Positions 9,047 through 17,911 of a DNA stretch of 64,000 nt are shown one piece after another; the stretch's first letter is position 1; the number at the start of each line of letters is the position of its first letter. A program made the translations under genes and the position numbers. A model generated the notes under the pieces. The model saw only the letters and a list, made by a program, of their open reading frames with translations. It was not told the DNA's origin and did not search any database. This DNA comes from an uncultured Actinomycetes bacterium (lineage in GTDB: Bacteria; Actinomycetota; Acidimicrobiia; IMCC26256; PALSA-610): NCBI GenBank assembly GCA_963782465.1, contig CAWAJR010000007.1, positions 347,016 through 411,015 of the forward strand. Reading direction: 5' to 3'.

Positions 9047-10170
9047 TCGCACTCGCGGCGAACTCGAAGGCCTATTGGTACCTCACGCGCAGTACGGGCG
9101 TGGTCTCCCTCTTGTTGCTCACCCTGAGCGTCGTGCTCGGGATCATGCAGGTCACCCGCTGGTCGAGCCCACGCTGGCCCCGCTTCGTGACGCAGGGCCT
9201 GCACCGCAACATCTCGCTCGTCGTGGTGGTGTTCCTCGGGATCCACATCACGACGGCGGTCCTCGACTCGTTCGCGCCCATTCACTGGCTCGACGCGATC
9301 GTGCCGTTCCAGGCGCGGTACCGGCCGATCTGGCTGGGTCTCGGAGCGCTCGCGATCGACCTCGTGATCGCGCTCGTGGTGACGAGCCTCGTCCGGTTGC
9401 GGCTCGGTTACGGCGTATGGCGGGCCGTCCACTGGCTCGCCTACGCGTGCTGGCCGATCGCGTTGTTGCACGGGCTCGGCACCGGCAGTGACACCCGCCA
9501 GACCTGGTCGCTGCTGCTCGACGGGGCGTGTGTCGCCGCGGTGCTCGGCGCCACGCTGTGGCGCATCGCGACCAGTACGTCGGTCGAAAGCGGCCGTCGC
9601 GTCGGGGCGGTCGGAGCGAGCTTCGCGGTACTCGTGGGCATCGCGCTCTGGACGGTGGTCGGTCCGTTGCAGACCGGTTGGGCGCGCCGAGCAGGTACTC
9701 CGGTGTCGCTGCTGGCGTCGAAACGGGCCGCGGCAACCGTCGCGACCACACCGCGCGTGCGGCACGCTACGACGACGACCACCACGCCGGTCCCGGCGTT
9801 CGCGTTGCCGTTCAACGCGAGCATCGCCGGCACGCTTACCGAGACCGGCCCCGACGCGAACGGTCAGGCGGTCGTGGTGATCGACGCGCGTTTGCGGAAC
9901 GGTGCGACCGGCCGGGTGCACATCGCGCTCCAGGGCGAGGCGCTCGGCGGTGGTGGGCTGCGTATGGAACAGAGCCGTGCGTACCTCGGCTCGATCGCGG
10001 TGCCGTCGCTGTACGCGGGGAGCGTGACCGCGCTGCAGGGCACCGACATCGTCGCGAGCCTGCGCAACGCGGATGGCCGGCACGCCGACCTGACGCTCAA
10101 CATCAACATCGGTGCCGACGGGACGATCACGGGAAGTGCTCGTGCCGCACGGCAGGCGGAGCACGGCTGA
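9043..10170 (+). CDS. Ferric reductase-like (FRD/MsrQ-like) six-TM protein with a ~190-aa C-terminal domain of unknown family
   Basis: GTG 9043 overlaps the apbE stop (GTGA). Six hydrophobic helices with conserved His (GLHRNISLVVVVFLGIHITTAV; WRAVHWLAYACWPIALLHGLGTG). The soluble C-terminal domain ends NINIGADGTITGSARAARQAEHG. Confidence 0.8.
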   Translation: MIALAANSKAYWYLTRSTGVVSLLLLTLSVVLGIMQVTRWSSPRWPRFVTQGLHRNISLVVVVFLGIHITTAVLDSFAPIHWLDAIVPFQARYRPIWLGLGALAIDLVIALVVTSLVRLRLGYGVWRAVHWLAYACWPIALLHGLGTGSDTRQTWSLLLDGACVAAVLGATLWRIATSTSVESGRRVGAVGASFAVLVGIALWTVVGPLQTGWARRAGTPVSLLASKRAAATVATTPRVRHATTTTTTPVPAFALPFNASIAGTLTETGPDANGQAVVVIDARLRNGATGRVHIALQGEALGGGGLRMEQSRAYLGSIAVPSLYAGSVTALQGTDIVASLRNADGRHADLTLNINIGADGTITGSARAARQAEHG

Positions 10171-10182
10171 GATGGCAATCAC

Positions 10183-11481
10183 ATGACCACGACGACACCC
10201 CGAGCCGAAGGGCTCGCGATCGCGCCCGATGTCTTGCCGCGCCTGTTGCCGGGGCGACCGTTGCGCCTGCTCGACGACCACGTCGGGCACTACGGCCGCA
10301 ACCCGTCGCGTACGGATCATCTCGTCGCCGAGATCGAACGCGCCGGTCTCAAGGGCCACGGCGGCGCCGGGTTCCCGACCGCGGTCAAGATGCAAGCGGT
10401 CATGAAGAACCGTCGGGCGGCGGTCGTGGTCGCGAACGGCACCGAGGGCGAACCGGCCAGCGCGAAGGACAAGACGCTGCTTTCGATCGCTCCCCACCTC
10501 GTCCTCGACGGCGCGGTCCTCGCGGGCCGCGCCGTCGGTGCCCGGGAAGTCGTGCTCTGCGTCGACCGTGCGTTCCCGGCGATCGCGGGGATCATGGCGA
10601 ACGCGATCGACGAACGCGCGGCGCGTGGGATCGACGGCATGCCGATCCGGTTGGAGCGCACGCCCGACCGGTACCTCACCGGTGAGGAGAGCGCGCTTGT
10701 CTCCTGGCTGAACGGGGGCGAGGCCAAGCCCACGTTCGTGCCGCCACGCCCGTTCGAGAAAGGTGTCGGTGGACGGCCCACCCTGGTGCAGAACGTCGAG
10801 ACGTTGGCGCACGTCGGCTTGATCGCGCGGTACGGAGCGGAATGGTTCCGTGGCATCGGTACCAAGGCCGATCCCGGAAGTTCGCTGATCACCTGCACGG
10901 GAGGCTTCGGGCGCACCGGTGTCTCGGAGATCCCCCTCGGACTGTCGACGACCGCCCTGTTGCGCGCGACGGGCACCGATCCCGCCGACGTGCAGGCGCT
11001 GCTCATCGGCGGGTACTTCGGTACCTGGCTCGAGCCCGAAGCGTTCGCGACCTCGCGGCTCAGCCCGGCGTCGCTGCGCAGCCATGACGCGAGCTTCGGT
11101 TGCGGGGTCGTGGTCGCGTTGCCCCGCGACCGTTGCGGGCTCGCCGAAAGCGCCCGGATCACCCGCTGGCTCGCCGACCAGAACGCGGGCCAGTGCGGGC
11201 CGTGCGTGAACGGGCTCGACGCGATCGCGCGGGCGATGGCCGGCCTCGTCGCCGGCGACCGCAAGGGCGACGCGGCACGGCATCTCGATCGCTGGCTCGG
11301 GATGGTGAAGGGCCGGGGGGCGTGCAAGATGCCCGACGGCACGGCTCGCCTCGTCGAGAGCACCTTGCGTGTCTTCGCCGGCGAAGTGCAGCGCCACCGC
11401 CGTCACGGGGCGTGCGCGGCATCGCAGATGGCGGCACAGTCCCCACTCGTGCCCCTGCCGCGGCCGGGAGGTTGGCGATGA
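10183..11481 (+). CDS. NuoF-like NAD(P)H-binding flavo-iron-sulfur protein (Complex1_51K / SLBB / NuoF 4Fe-4S region)
   Basis: GLKGHGGAGFPTAVKM, VVANGTEGEPASAKDKTLL, YLTGEESALVSWL, TLVQNVETLAHV, and the Cys cluster GQCGPCVNG..GACKMPDG. Confidence 0.88.
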   Translation: MTTTTPRAEGLAIAPDVLPRLLPGRPLRLLDDHVGHYGRNPSRTDHLVAEIERAGLKGHGGAGFPTAVKMQAVMKNRRAAVVVANGTEGEPASAKDKTLLSIAPHLVLDGAVLAGRAVGAREVVLCVDRAFPAIAGIMANAIDERAARGIDGMPIRLERTPDRYLTGEESALVSWLNGGEAKPTFVPPRPFEKGVGGRPTLVQNVETLAHVGLIARYGAEWFRGIGTKADPGSSLITCTGGFGRTGVSEIPLGLSTTALLRATGTDPADVQALLIGGYFGTWLEPEAFATSRLSPASLRSHDASFGCGVVVALPRDRCGLAESARITRWLADQNAGQCGPCVNGLDAIARAMAGLVAGDRKGDAARHLDRWLGMVKGRGACKMPDGTARLVESTLRVFAGEVQRHRRHGACAASQMAAQSPLVPLPRPGGWR

Positions 11482-11744
11482 AGCAACGCCTTGTCGTGAA
11501 CCCGATCATGTGTGTGGGCCACGGGCTGTGTGCCGAACTGTTCCCCGAGTGGATCCACCTCGACGACTGGGGTTACCCCATCATCGATCCACGTCCTGTC
11601 CCGAAGCACTACGCCGGCCACGCGAAGCGGGCCATCGCGGCGTGCCCGACCCTGGCGCTCATGCTGCGGGAGGAAGCCCCTGCTCCGGCGCCCGCGACAG
11701 CCGCACCGACGCCGCGGCGCTCGCGATCGCGCTCGGGCTCCTAG
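11478..11744 (+). CDS. Small ferredoxin
   Basis: ATG 11478 overlaps the NuoF-like stop (ATGA). NPIMCVGHGLCAELFPE..AIAACPTLAL Cys pattern of single-cluster actinobacterial ferredoxins. Confidence 0.8.
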   Translation: MKQRLVVNPIMCVGHGLCAELFPEWIHLDDWGYPIIDPRPVPKHYAGHAKRAIAACPTLALMLREEAPAPAPATAAPTPRRSRSRSGS

Positions 11745-11754
11745 TCTCTCTCGC

Positions 11755-12420
11755 GTGGCGCGCGTACTGGTCGTCGAGGACGACGACGGGATCGCTGAAC
11801 CGCTCGTGCGCGCGCTCCAGCGCGAGGGCTACGAGACGGCGCGCGCCGCGACCGGAGCCGATGCCACCCGGTTGGTCGACGGCGGGGTCGATCTGGTCGT
11901 TCTCGACCTCGGGCTCCCCGATGCCGACGGTGTCGCGGTGTGCCGCACGATGCGCCGCGCCGACCCGACCCTGCCGATCCTCATGCTCACCGCACGCTCC
12001 GACGAGCTCGACGTCATCGTCGGGCTCGACGCCGGCGCCGACGACTACGTCACCAAGCCGTTCCGGTTGGGTGAGCTCCTCGCCCGGGTGCGGGCGCGCG
12101 TGCGGGGCCGGTCGTCGAGCACGGTGCGGGTGCAAGACCTCGAGATCGACATCGCCGGCCGGCGGGCATGGCTCGCGGGGAAGGAACTGGACCTCACGGT
12201 CAAGGAGTTCGATCTGCTCGCGCTACTGGCGCGTCGGGCCGGCACCGTCGTGACACGCGAGGAGATCATGACCGAGGTGTGGGACGCCCACTGGTTCGGT
12301 TCGACGCGCACCCTCGACGTGCACATCTCGTGGCTGCGCAAGAAGCTCGCGAACGACGCGGCCGCCGGCCGGTACATCTCTACCGTGCGAGGTGTCGGCT
12401 TCCGCCTCGAGACGGCCTGA
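11755..12420 (+). CDS. OmpR/PhoB-family response regulator
   Basis: GTG 11755. Receiver domain VLVVEDDDGIAEPL..DLVVLDLGLPDADG..LMLTAR..KPF. Winged helix LTVKEFDLLALLARRAG..TLDVHISWLRKKL..VRGVGFRL. Confidence 0.92.
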   Translation: MARVLVVEDDDGIAEPLVRALQREGYETARAATGADATRLVDGGVDLVVLDLGLPDADGVAVCRTMRRADPTLPILMLTARSDELDVIVGLDAGADDYVTKPFRLGELLARVRARVRGRSSSTVRVQDLEIDIAGRRAWLAGKELDLTVKEFDLLALLARRAGTVVTREEIMTEVWDAHWFGSTRTLDVHISWLRKKLANDAAAGRYISTVRGVGFRLETA

Positions 12421-12423
12421 CCC

Positions 12424-13698
12424 GTGCGCCGCCGCATCGCCTGGGCAACCGTCACCGTTGCCATTACCGGCATCCTTGTGCTCGGTGTGCCACTCGCCTT
12501 CGTCGGTCGCCAGGTCGTCCGTAACGACGAACTGCGGCGACTCGATCGGGAGGCGTCGTCGATCGCCTTCGCGATCGACGACGACTTCGAGCATGCGAGA
12601 CCGATCGACAGCACGCTCCTCACCGCGCTGGCCGGTACGGACCGTTTCGTGATCGTGCGCGAAGCGAGCGGTCACATCGCATCGGGTGGCGCGCACCTCA
12701 CCGGCCAGACGATCTCGGCGACGGTCCCCGTCGAGCAACACGGCACGATCACGGTGTTCACGAGCGCGAGCGACACGAACCGACGGGTTGCGACCGCGGT
12801 GCTCGTAATCGCAGGCTTGAGCGTCCTCGGCGTGATCGCGGCGATCGGTCTCGCCATGTTCGTCGCGCGGCGGCTCGGTCGGCCGGTCGCCGATCTCGCC
12901 CGCGTCTCGGAGCGCCTCGGGTCGGGCGACTTCTCGGTGCGCGCACCTCGCAGCGGCGTGCCGGAACTCGACGCGGTGGCCGACGCGCTCGACCACTCCG
13001 CCGAACGCATCGACGAACTCGTCCGCAACGAGCGTGAGTTCGCGACGAACGCGTCTCACCAGTTGCGCACGCCGCTCACCGCGTTGCGCCTCCGCCTCGA
13101 GGAACTCGGTCTTTCGCGCGACGATGACGTGCGTCAGGAAGCCGAGGCCGCGCTCGCGCAAACCGATCGACTGGCTTCGACGATCGAAGAACTGCTCGCC
13201 CTGGCGCGTGATCACGCGGGTTCGGTTCGGCACCCCGTCGACGTCGCCGCACTCGTGAAGGAACGCACCGCGTCGTGGCAGGGTACGGCGCGCCGCTCGC
13301 GCCGCGTCGTCGAAGTGCACGCCGACGGCCCGCTCGTCGTGCAGTCGTCGGCGAGCGCGCTGGCGCAAGCGATCGACGCCCTGATCGAGAACTCACTCCG
13401 TCACGGCAAGGGGACCGTGCGGGTGGAGGCGCGCTCCCACTCGCACCACGTCGAGATCACCGTCGAGGACGAAGGTGCAGGGATCCCGCCCAGTTCCGTC
13501 GGCTCGATCTTCGACCGTCACGTCTCGTTGCGCGGCGGCAGCGGTGTGGGCCTCGCTCTCGCGCGTGCACTCGTCGAAGCATCGGGGGGTCGGCTCGATC
13601 TCGTACGACCGCAACCACCGCGCTTCCGGGTCTTGCTGCCTCTGCAAGCCGACGACGAGATCGTCGAGGGCGCGATGCCCACACGCGAAATCTTCTGA
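12424..13698 (+). CDS. Sensor histidine kinase (TM-HAMP-HisKA-HATPase)
   Basis: Two TM helices; H-box EFATNASHQLRTPLTAL; N box LIENSLRHG; G boxes DEGAGIP and GGSGVGLALARAL. Starts 3 nt after the response regulator. Confidence 0.92.
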   Translation: MRRRIAWATVTVAITGILVLGVPLAFVGRQVVRNDELRRLDREASSIAFAIDDDFEHARPIDSTLLTALAGTDRFVIVREASGHIASGGAHLTGQTISATVPVEQHGTITVFTSASDTNRRVATAVLVIAGLSVLGVIAAIGLAMFVARRLGRPVADLARVSERLGSGDFSVRAPRSGVPELDAVADALDHSAERIDELVRNEREFATNASHQLRTPLTALRLRLEELGLSRDDDVRQEAEAALAQTDRLASTIEELLALARDHAGSVRHPVDVAALVKERTASWQGTARRSRRVVEVHADGPLVVQSSASALAQAIDALIENSLRHGKGTVRVEARSHSHHVEITVEDEGAGIPPSSVGSIFDRHVSLRGGSGVGLALARALVEASGGRLDLVRPQPPRFRVLLPLQADDEIVEGAMPTREIF

Positions 13699-13722
13699 GC
13701 GATCTTCCGAGCCGGAAAGAAG

Positions 13723-13768
13723 TGAGGCCGCGAGCATCCCGGTGGGGGCGGGTGCTCGAACGGCCTCA
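13723..13768. terminator. Imperfect GC-rich hairpin between convergent genes (candidate bidirectional terminator)
   Basis: tgaggccg-cgagca ... tgctcg-aa-cggcctca. Stems of 8 + 6 bp with a 2-nt bulge. It sits between the kinase stop (13698) and the cNMP-binding gene stop (13800). Confidence 0.45.
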
Positions 13769-13799
13769 AGCACAGATTACCGCTCTTCGCAACCCCATT

Positions 13800-14216
13800 T
13801 CACCGGTCACCCGTCACCTGGTTCGCCGGTGCCGGCTGGGCGAAGGCGGTCGCGAGCCGGGGAACGGCCTCGACGAGGGACAGGAACGCTCCTTCGGTCG
13901 CGACCCGAACGACGACCGGTCCGTCGGCGGTGACCGTCGACTGGTGCGGGCGATCGGCGAGCACCTCGTGCGCCCCGATCCAGTCGCCCGCCCCGATGGT
14001 GCCGACGGTCGCGTCGCCTTGCGTCACCACGGCGCGACCCCAGAGCAGGAAGAGGACCTGATCGGCCGGGCTCCCCGAGGTTGCCAGCACGCGGCGGGGA
14101 GGCATGTTCAGTTCGAGGGTCAGCGACTCGACCAAAGCGAGCTCTTCAACGGTCAACTCTGCGAACGTTGGTACCGCTCGTAGGGCCCCCACCGGCTTGT
14201 TCCCGTCGATATCCAC
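13800..14216 (-). CDS. Cyclic nucleotide-binding domain protein (stand-alone cNMP-binding beta-barrel)
   Basis: C-terminal 138 aa of ORF 13800..14423. FAELTVEELALVESLT..GSPADQVLFLLWGRAVV..GAGDWIGAHEVL resembles CAP/Crp effector domains. The start at GTG 14216 is inferred; the N-terminal part of the ORF is R-rich. Confidence 0.65.
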   Translation of the reverse strand: MDIDGNKPVGALRAVPTFAELTVEELALVESLTLELNMPPRRVLATSGSPADQVLFLLWGRAVVTQGDATVGTIGAGDWIGAHEVLADRPHQSTVTADGPVVVRVATEGAFLSLVEAVPRLATAFAQPAPANQVTGDR

Positions 14217-14398
14217 TTCGCGCCTGCGCACGCGCCCGCTTTCCCTGCTCCGGTCGATCCGCTGCCCCCCGACCTCCCCGCCATGTGCCGGGGCGATCCT
14301 GCGCCGGCGCGGTTGCAGAAATGTTGCGGGCCGGCACACCCGCCGGGCCGTCGCCTTCGGTGGCCCGGTTTCGCGCCCGCCGCGTACGCTCGCGCGCC

Positions 14399-17300
14399 GT
14401 GGGGTTGGTGTTCCTTGGCCCATTCGAGGTGAACGGCCCGGTCGGGCCGGTTTCGTTCCGTGGCGCGAAGGACCGCCTGCTCCTCGCGCTGCTCGCGGTC
14501 CGGGCGAACGAGGTGGTCGCCACCAGCCGGCTCATCGACGATCTCTGGGCCGAGGACCTGCCCGAGAAGGCCGGCGTCGCGCTGCGCGCCCACGTCGCGC
14601 ACTTGCGCAAGGCGTTGGGCGCCGCCGGGTTCGATGAGATCGTCGTCACCCGAAAGCCGGGTTACATGCTGCGGGCCGACCCGTCGACCATCGACGCGGT
14701 GCAGTTCGAGCGGGGTGTCGCCGAAGCCCGCGGCGCGCTCGCCGCCGGCGACGCGGCGCGGGCTCGCCGGCTGTTCACCGCGGCGCTGGCACGTTGGCAC
14801 GGCGACGCCTTCGCCGACTGCCGCGATGCCGAGACGTTACGGGCCGAGGCGGTTCGCCTCGACCAGTTGCGCCTGGTCACGATCGAGGACCGGATCGAGC
14901 TCGACCTCGCGTTCGGCGACCACGCCGCGCTCGCCGCGGAGGTCGAGGCCCTCCTGGTTCAGTACCCGTTTCGCGAACGTTTGTGGCACGCGTTCGCCCT
15001 GGCGCTGTACCGGGCCGGTCGACCGCACGACGCCCTCGCGGCGCAGCGGCGCGCGATCGAAACCCTCGCCGCGGTCGGTATCGAACCCGGCGGGGACCTG
15101 CGCCGGCTCGAGATCGCGATCCTCGATCGCGACCCGTCGCTCGACCTCGTGCTCCCGCTCCGGCGCCGCCGGGCCGAAGAACGACGCTCGGGTTCTCGGT
15201 TGCTCGCCGCGGTGACGTCGGCCGGCCCGCAGTTCGTCGGGCGCGACGACGAGTACGCGACGGTGATCGGGGCTTGGAAGCGTGCCCGCGACGGTGCCTT
15301 CGAAACGGTGCTGCTGGCCGGCGAACCGGGCATCGGGAAGACCCGGCTTGCCGCCGAGGTCGCGATCGCGGCGCAGGACGACGGCGCCTACGTGTTGCAT
15401 GGCCGTTGCGACGAAGGTTTGGGCGTGCCCTACCAGCCGTTCGTCGAGGCATTACGCGACCACCTCGAAGCGGTCGGCCCCGATGTCGGAGACTCGCTCG
15501 GCGGGTATGCCAGCGAGCTGGTACGTCTCGTTCCCGAGTTGGCCGACCGCCTGCCCGATCTCCCTTCGCCGATGCAATCCGACCCGTCGACCGAGCAGTA
15601 CCGGCTCTTCGACGCGGTGTCGGCGTGGCTCCAAGCGGTATCGCGCGAGGGTCCCGTGATCCTCGTGGTCGACGACCTGCATTGGGCCGCGCCACCGACG
15701 GTCTTGTTGCTGCGTCACCTGATCTGCTCCGAGCGGGCGTTGCACGTGTTGGTCATCGGCACGTACCGAGATTCGGAACTCGGCGACGCACCGGCACTGG
15801 CCGGCGTGCTGGCCGACCTGCGGCGCGCATCCGGTGTCCAACGGTTGCCGCTGCGCGGGCTCGACGAAGCGGCGGTCGTCGCGTTCGTTGAAGCGGCCGC
15901 GGGCCACGACCTCGATGCTGCCGGCGCCGACTTCGCGCGCGCGGTGCACGAGCAGACGGGCGGGAACCCGTTCTTCGTCAACGAGATCGTACGGAACCTG
16001 GCGGAGGTGACCGGCGCACCGAACGCGCTGACGGGCGCGAGCTCCATCCCGGCCGCGGCGCGCGAAGTGGTGATGCGGCGCGTCGAGCGGCTGCCGAGCG
16101 ACGCGAGACAGGTGCTTTCGCTCGGTGCGGTGATCGGCATGGAGTTCGAGGTCGACGTCCTCCAGCACGTGCTCGTCGACCTGCCGACCGATGCGCTGCT
16201 CGGGGCGCTCGAGCGGGCAACGGCGGCACGGTTGATCGACGAGCTCGGCCCGAACCGTTTCGGTTTCGCGCACGCGATCACGCGCGACGCGTTGACCGAC
16301 AGCATGACGGCCAGCCGGCTGCAATGGCTCCACCACCAGGTCGGCATCGCGATCGAGACCGTGCACGCCGCGCAGCTCGGTGAGCACTCGTCCGAACTGG
16401 TCCGCCACTTCGCCGACGCGGCACCGCGCAAGGCGGTGCCGTACGCGATCGCCGCCGCGCGGGCCGCGCTCGAGACCCTCGCGTTCGAGGACGCGATCAA
16501 CCTTGCCCGGCGGGGCATCGCGGCAGCCGAGCAGGCTCGGCTGAGGGGTTCGGCGGTCACGGCCACGGAGGCGTGCGACCTTTGCCTGGTGCTCGGCCAG
16601 GCGGAGCTGCGAGCGGGGTTCCCCGCCGGGCGCGGCACGCTTCTGCGCGCCTACGACATCGCCCGCACGATCGGTGATGCCCGCCGGCAGGCGCACGCCG
16701 CGCTCGCCGTGAACCGCGGCTATTTCGCCCGGATCGGTCAGACCGACGACGAGCTGATCGCGAGTCTGGAAGACGCCATCGCCGCGCAACCTCCCGGCGA
16801 CACGGCGGAGTTGGCCGAACTGCGCGCCGCGCTGGCGTCGGAACTCGTCTGGTCCGACGACGGCGAGCGCCGCTTCGCGCTGAGCGCCGACGCGATCGAC
16901 ACCGCTCGGCGGGTCGGCGACCCGCGCACGCTCGCGCGCGTTCTACTGCGGGCGATCATGACGATCATCGCGCCCGACACGCTCGCGACGCGACGCGCGC
17001 ACTACGAGGAACTCGTGGTGATCGCCGATGAACTCCACGACCCGGCGATCCAGTTCGACGCGGCGTTCGCGCACAGTACGACAGCGTGGGAGTCGGGCGA
17101 CGTCGAGGCATCGAACGAGATGCAGGAGATCGCGACGGCGCTGGCGCAAGAACTTCGCCAACCGCGTCTGGTCTGGCAGGCGAGCTTCATGCGGACGTCA
17201 CGGTTGATCGAGGAGGGAAAACTCGACGAGGCCGAAACGTTGGCGACGGCCACGCTCGACCTGGGGGAGCGCGCCGGCCAGGGCGGTGAGGCATTCATCT

Positions 17301-17911
17301 TCTACACCGAGCAGCTCCTCGAGATCCGCCGCTGGCAGGACCGGCTCCCCGAAGTGGTCGAGATGTTCGGTGACCTCGCCGGCCGTGACGACATCGACTT
17401 CGGCTATTCGCTGATTCGCTACCTCTACGACGCGGGTGAGCACGCCGCGGCCGGCGCGCGGTACCGCGAGGTGCTCCGGCGCGTTGTGCTCCCGCCGCGC
17501 CGCGACATGCTCGCGCTCGCGACGCTCTACAACCTCGGCTACCTCGCAGCCCGTCTCGGTGATCGCGAGCACGCCCCGGCGCTCTACGAAGCGCTGGCGC
17601 CATATGCCGGTTCGTTCACCAACACGACAGTGGCCAAGCCGGTCGCGCACCACGCGCTGGGCATGCTGGCGGCCACGATGGGCGACGCGGCCCGTGCGGT
17701 TGAACACCTCGAATGCGCGACGCGCGTGCACGAGCGAGTCCAGGCCCCGCTCCTGCTCGACGAAACCCGAGTCGAGCATGCGCGCCTACTGCTCGCGACC
17801 GGAGCCTCGCGAGCCGTGGTCGACGGTGTGGTCGAGGCGGTTCGACTCGGGGCCGCGCGGCGCGGTGCGCGTTTTCTGCTCCGCGCGTGCGACGGCCTCG
17901 AGATGGGGTGA
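14399..17911 (+). CDS. AfsR/SARP-family regulator: wHTH + BTAD + P-loop NTPase (NB-ARC/AAA-like) + TPR-like helical repeats
   Basis: LGPFEV..SFRGAKDRLLLALLAVRANEVV..DDLW (OmpR-type wHTH). BTAD domain (DAVQFERGV..RLDQLRLVTIEDRIELDLAFGDH..LVQYPFRERLWHAFALALYRAGR). Walker A LLAGEPGIGKTRLA, Walker B VILVVDDLHWA, and a long helical C-terminus. Start is GTG 14399, TTG 14405 or GTG 14408. Confidence 0.9.
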   Translation: MGLVFLGPFEVNGPVGPVSFRGAKDRLLLALLAVRANEVVATSRLIDDLWAEDLPEKAGVALRAHVAHLRKALGAAGFDEIVVTRKPGYMLRADPSTIDAVQFERGVAEARGALAAGDAARARRLFTAALARWHGDAFADCRDAETLRAEAVRLDQLRLVTIEDRIELDLAFGDHAALAAEVEALLVQYPFRERLWHAFALALYRAGRPHDALAAQRRAIETLAAVGIEPGGDLRRLEIAILDRDPSLDLVLPLRRRRAEERRSGSRLLAAVTSAGPQFVGRDDEYATVIGAWKRARDGAFETVLLAGEPGIGKTRLAAEVAIAAQDDGAYVLHGRCDEGLGVPYQPFVEALRDHLEAVGPDVGDSLGGYASELVRLVPELADRLPDLPSPMQSDPSTEQYRLFDAVSAWLQAVSREGPVILVVDDLHWAAPPTVLLLRHLICSERALHVLVIGTYRDSELGDAPALAGVLADLRRASGVQRLPLRGLDEAAVVAFVEAAAGHDLDAAGADFARAVHEQTGGNPFFVNEIVRNLAEVTGAPNALTGASSIPAAAREVVMRRVERLPSDARQVLSLGAVIGMEFEVDVLQHVLVDLPTDALLGALERATAARLIDELGPNRFGFAHAITRDALTDSMTASRLQWLHHQVGIAIETVHAAQLGEHSSELVRHFADAAPRKAVPYAIAAARAALETLAFEDAINLARRGIAAAEQARLRGSAVTATEACDLCLVLGQAELRAGFPAGRGTLLRAYDIARTIGDARRQAHAALAVNRGYFARIGQTDDELIASLEDAIAAQPPGDTAELAELRAALASELVWSDDGERRFALSADAIDTARRVGDPRTLARVLLRAIMTIIAPDTLATRRAHYEELVVIADELHDPAIQFDAAFAHSTTAWESGDVEASNEMQEIATALAQELRQPRLVWQASFMRTSRLIEEGKLDEAETLATATLDLGERAGQGGEAFIFYTEQLLEIRRWQDRLPEVVEMFGDLAGRDDIDFGYSLIRYLYDAGEHAAAGARYREVLRRVVLPPRRDMLALATLYNLGYLAARLGDREHAPALYEALAPYAGSFTNTTVAKPVAHHALGMLAATMGDAARAVEHLECATRVHERVQAPLLLDETRVEHARLLLATGASRAVVDGVVEAVRLGAARRGARFLLRACDGLEMG

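Noticed and set aside
8803-11406. An 867-aa minus-strand ORF and similar very long ORFs: 7180..8775, 4579..6024, 15452..16789, 31921..33630, 38846..40429, 40503..42554, 41846..43960, 50411..52891 and 61463..63415.
   Set aside because: Their products are Arg/Pro/Gly/His-rich low-complexity strings with no family motifs. Each lies antisense to, or out of frame with, several well-supported genes. Stop-poor alternative frames are expected at this GC content.
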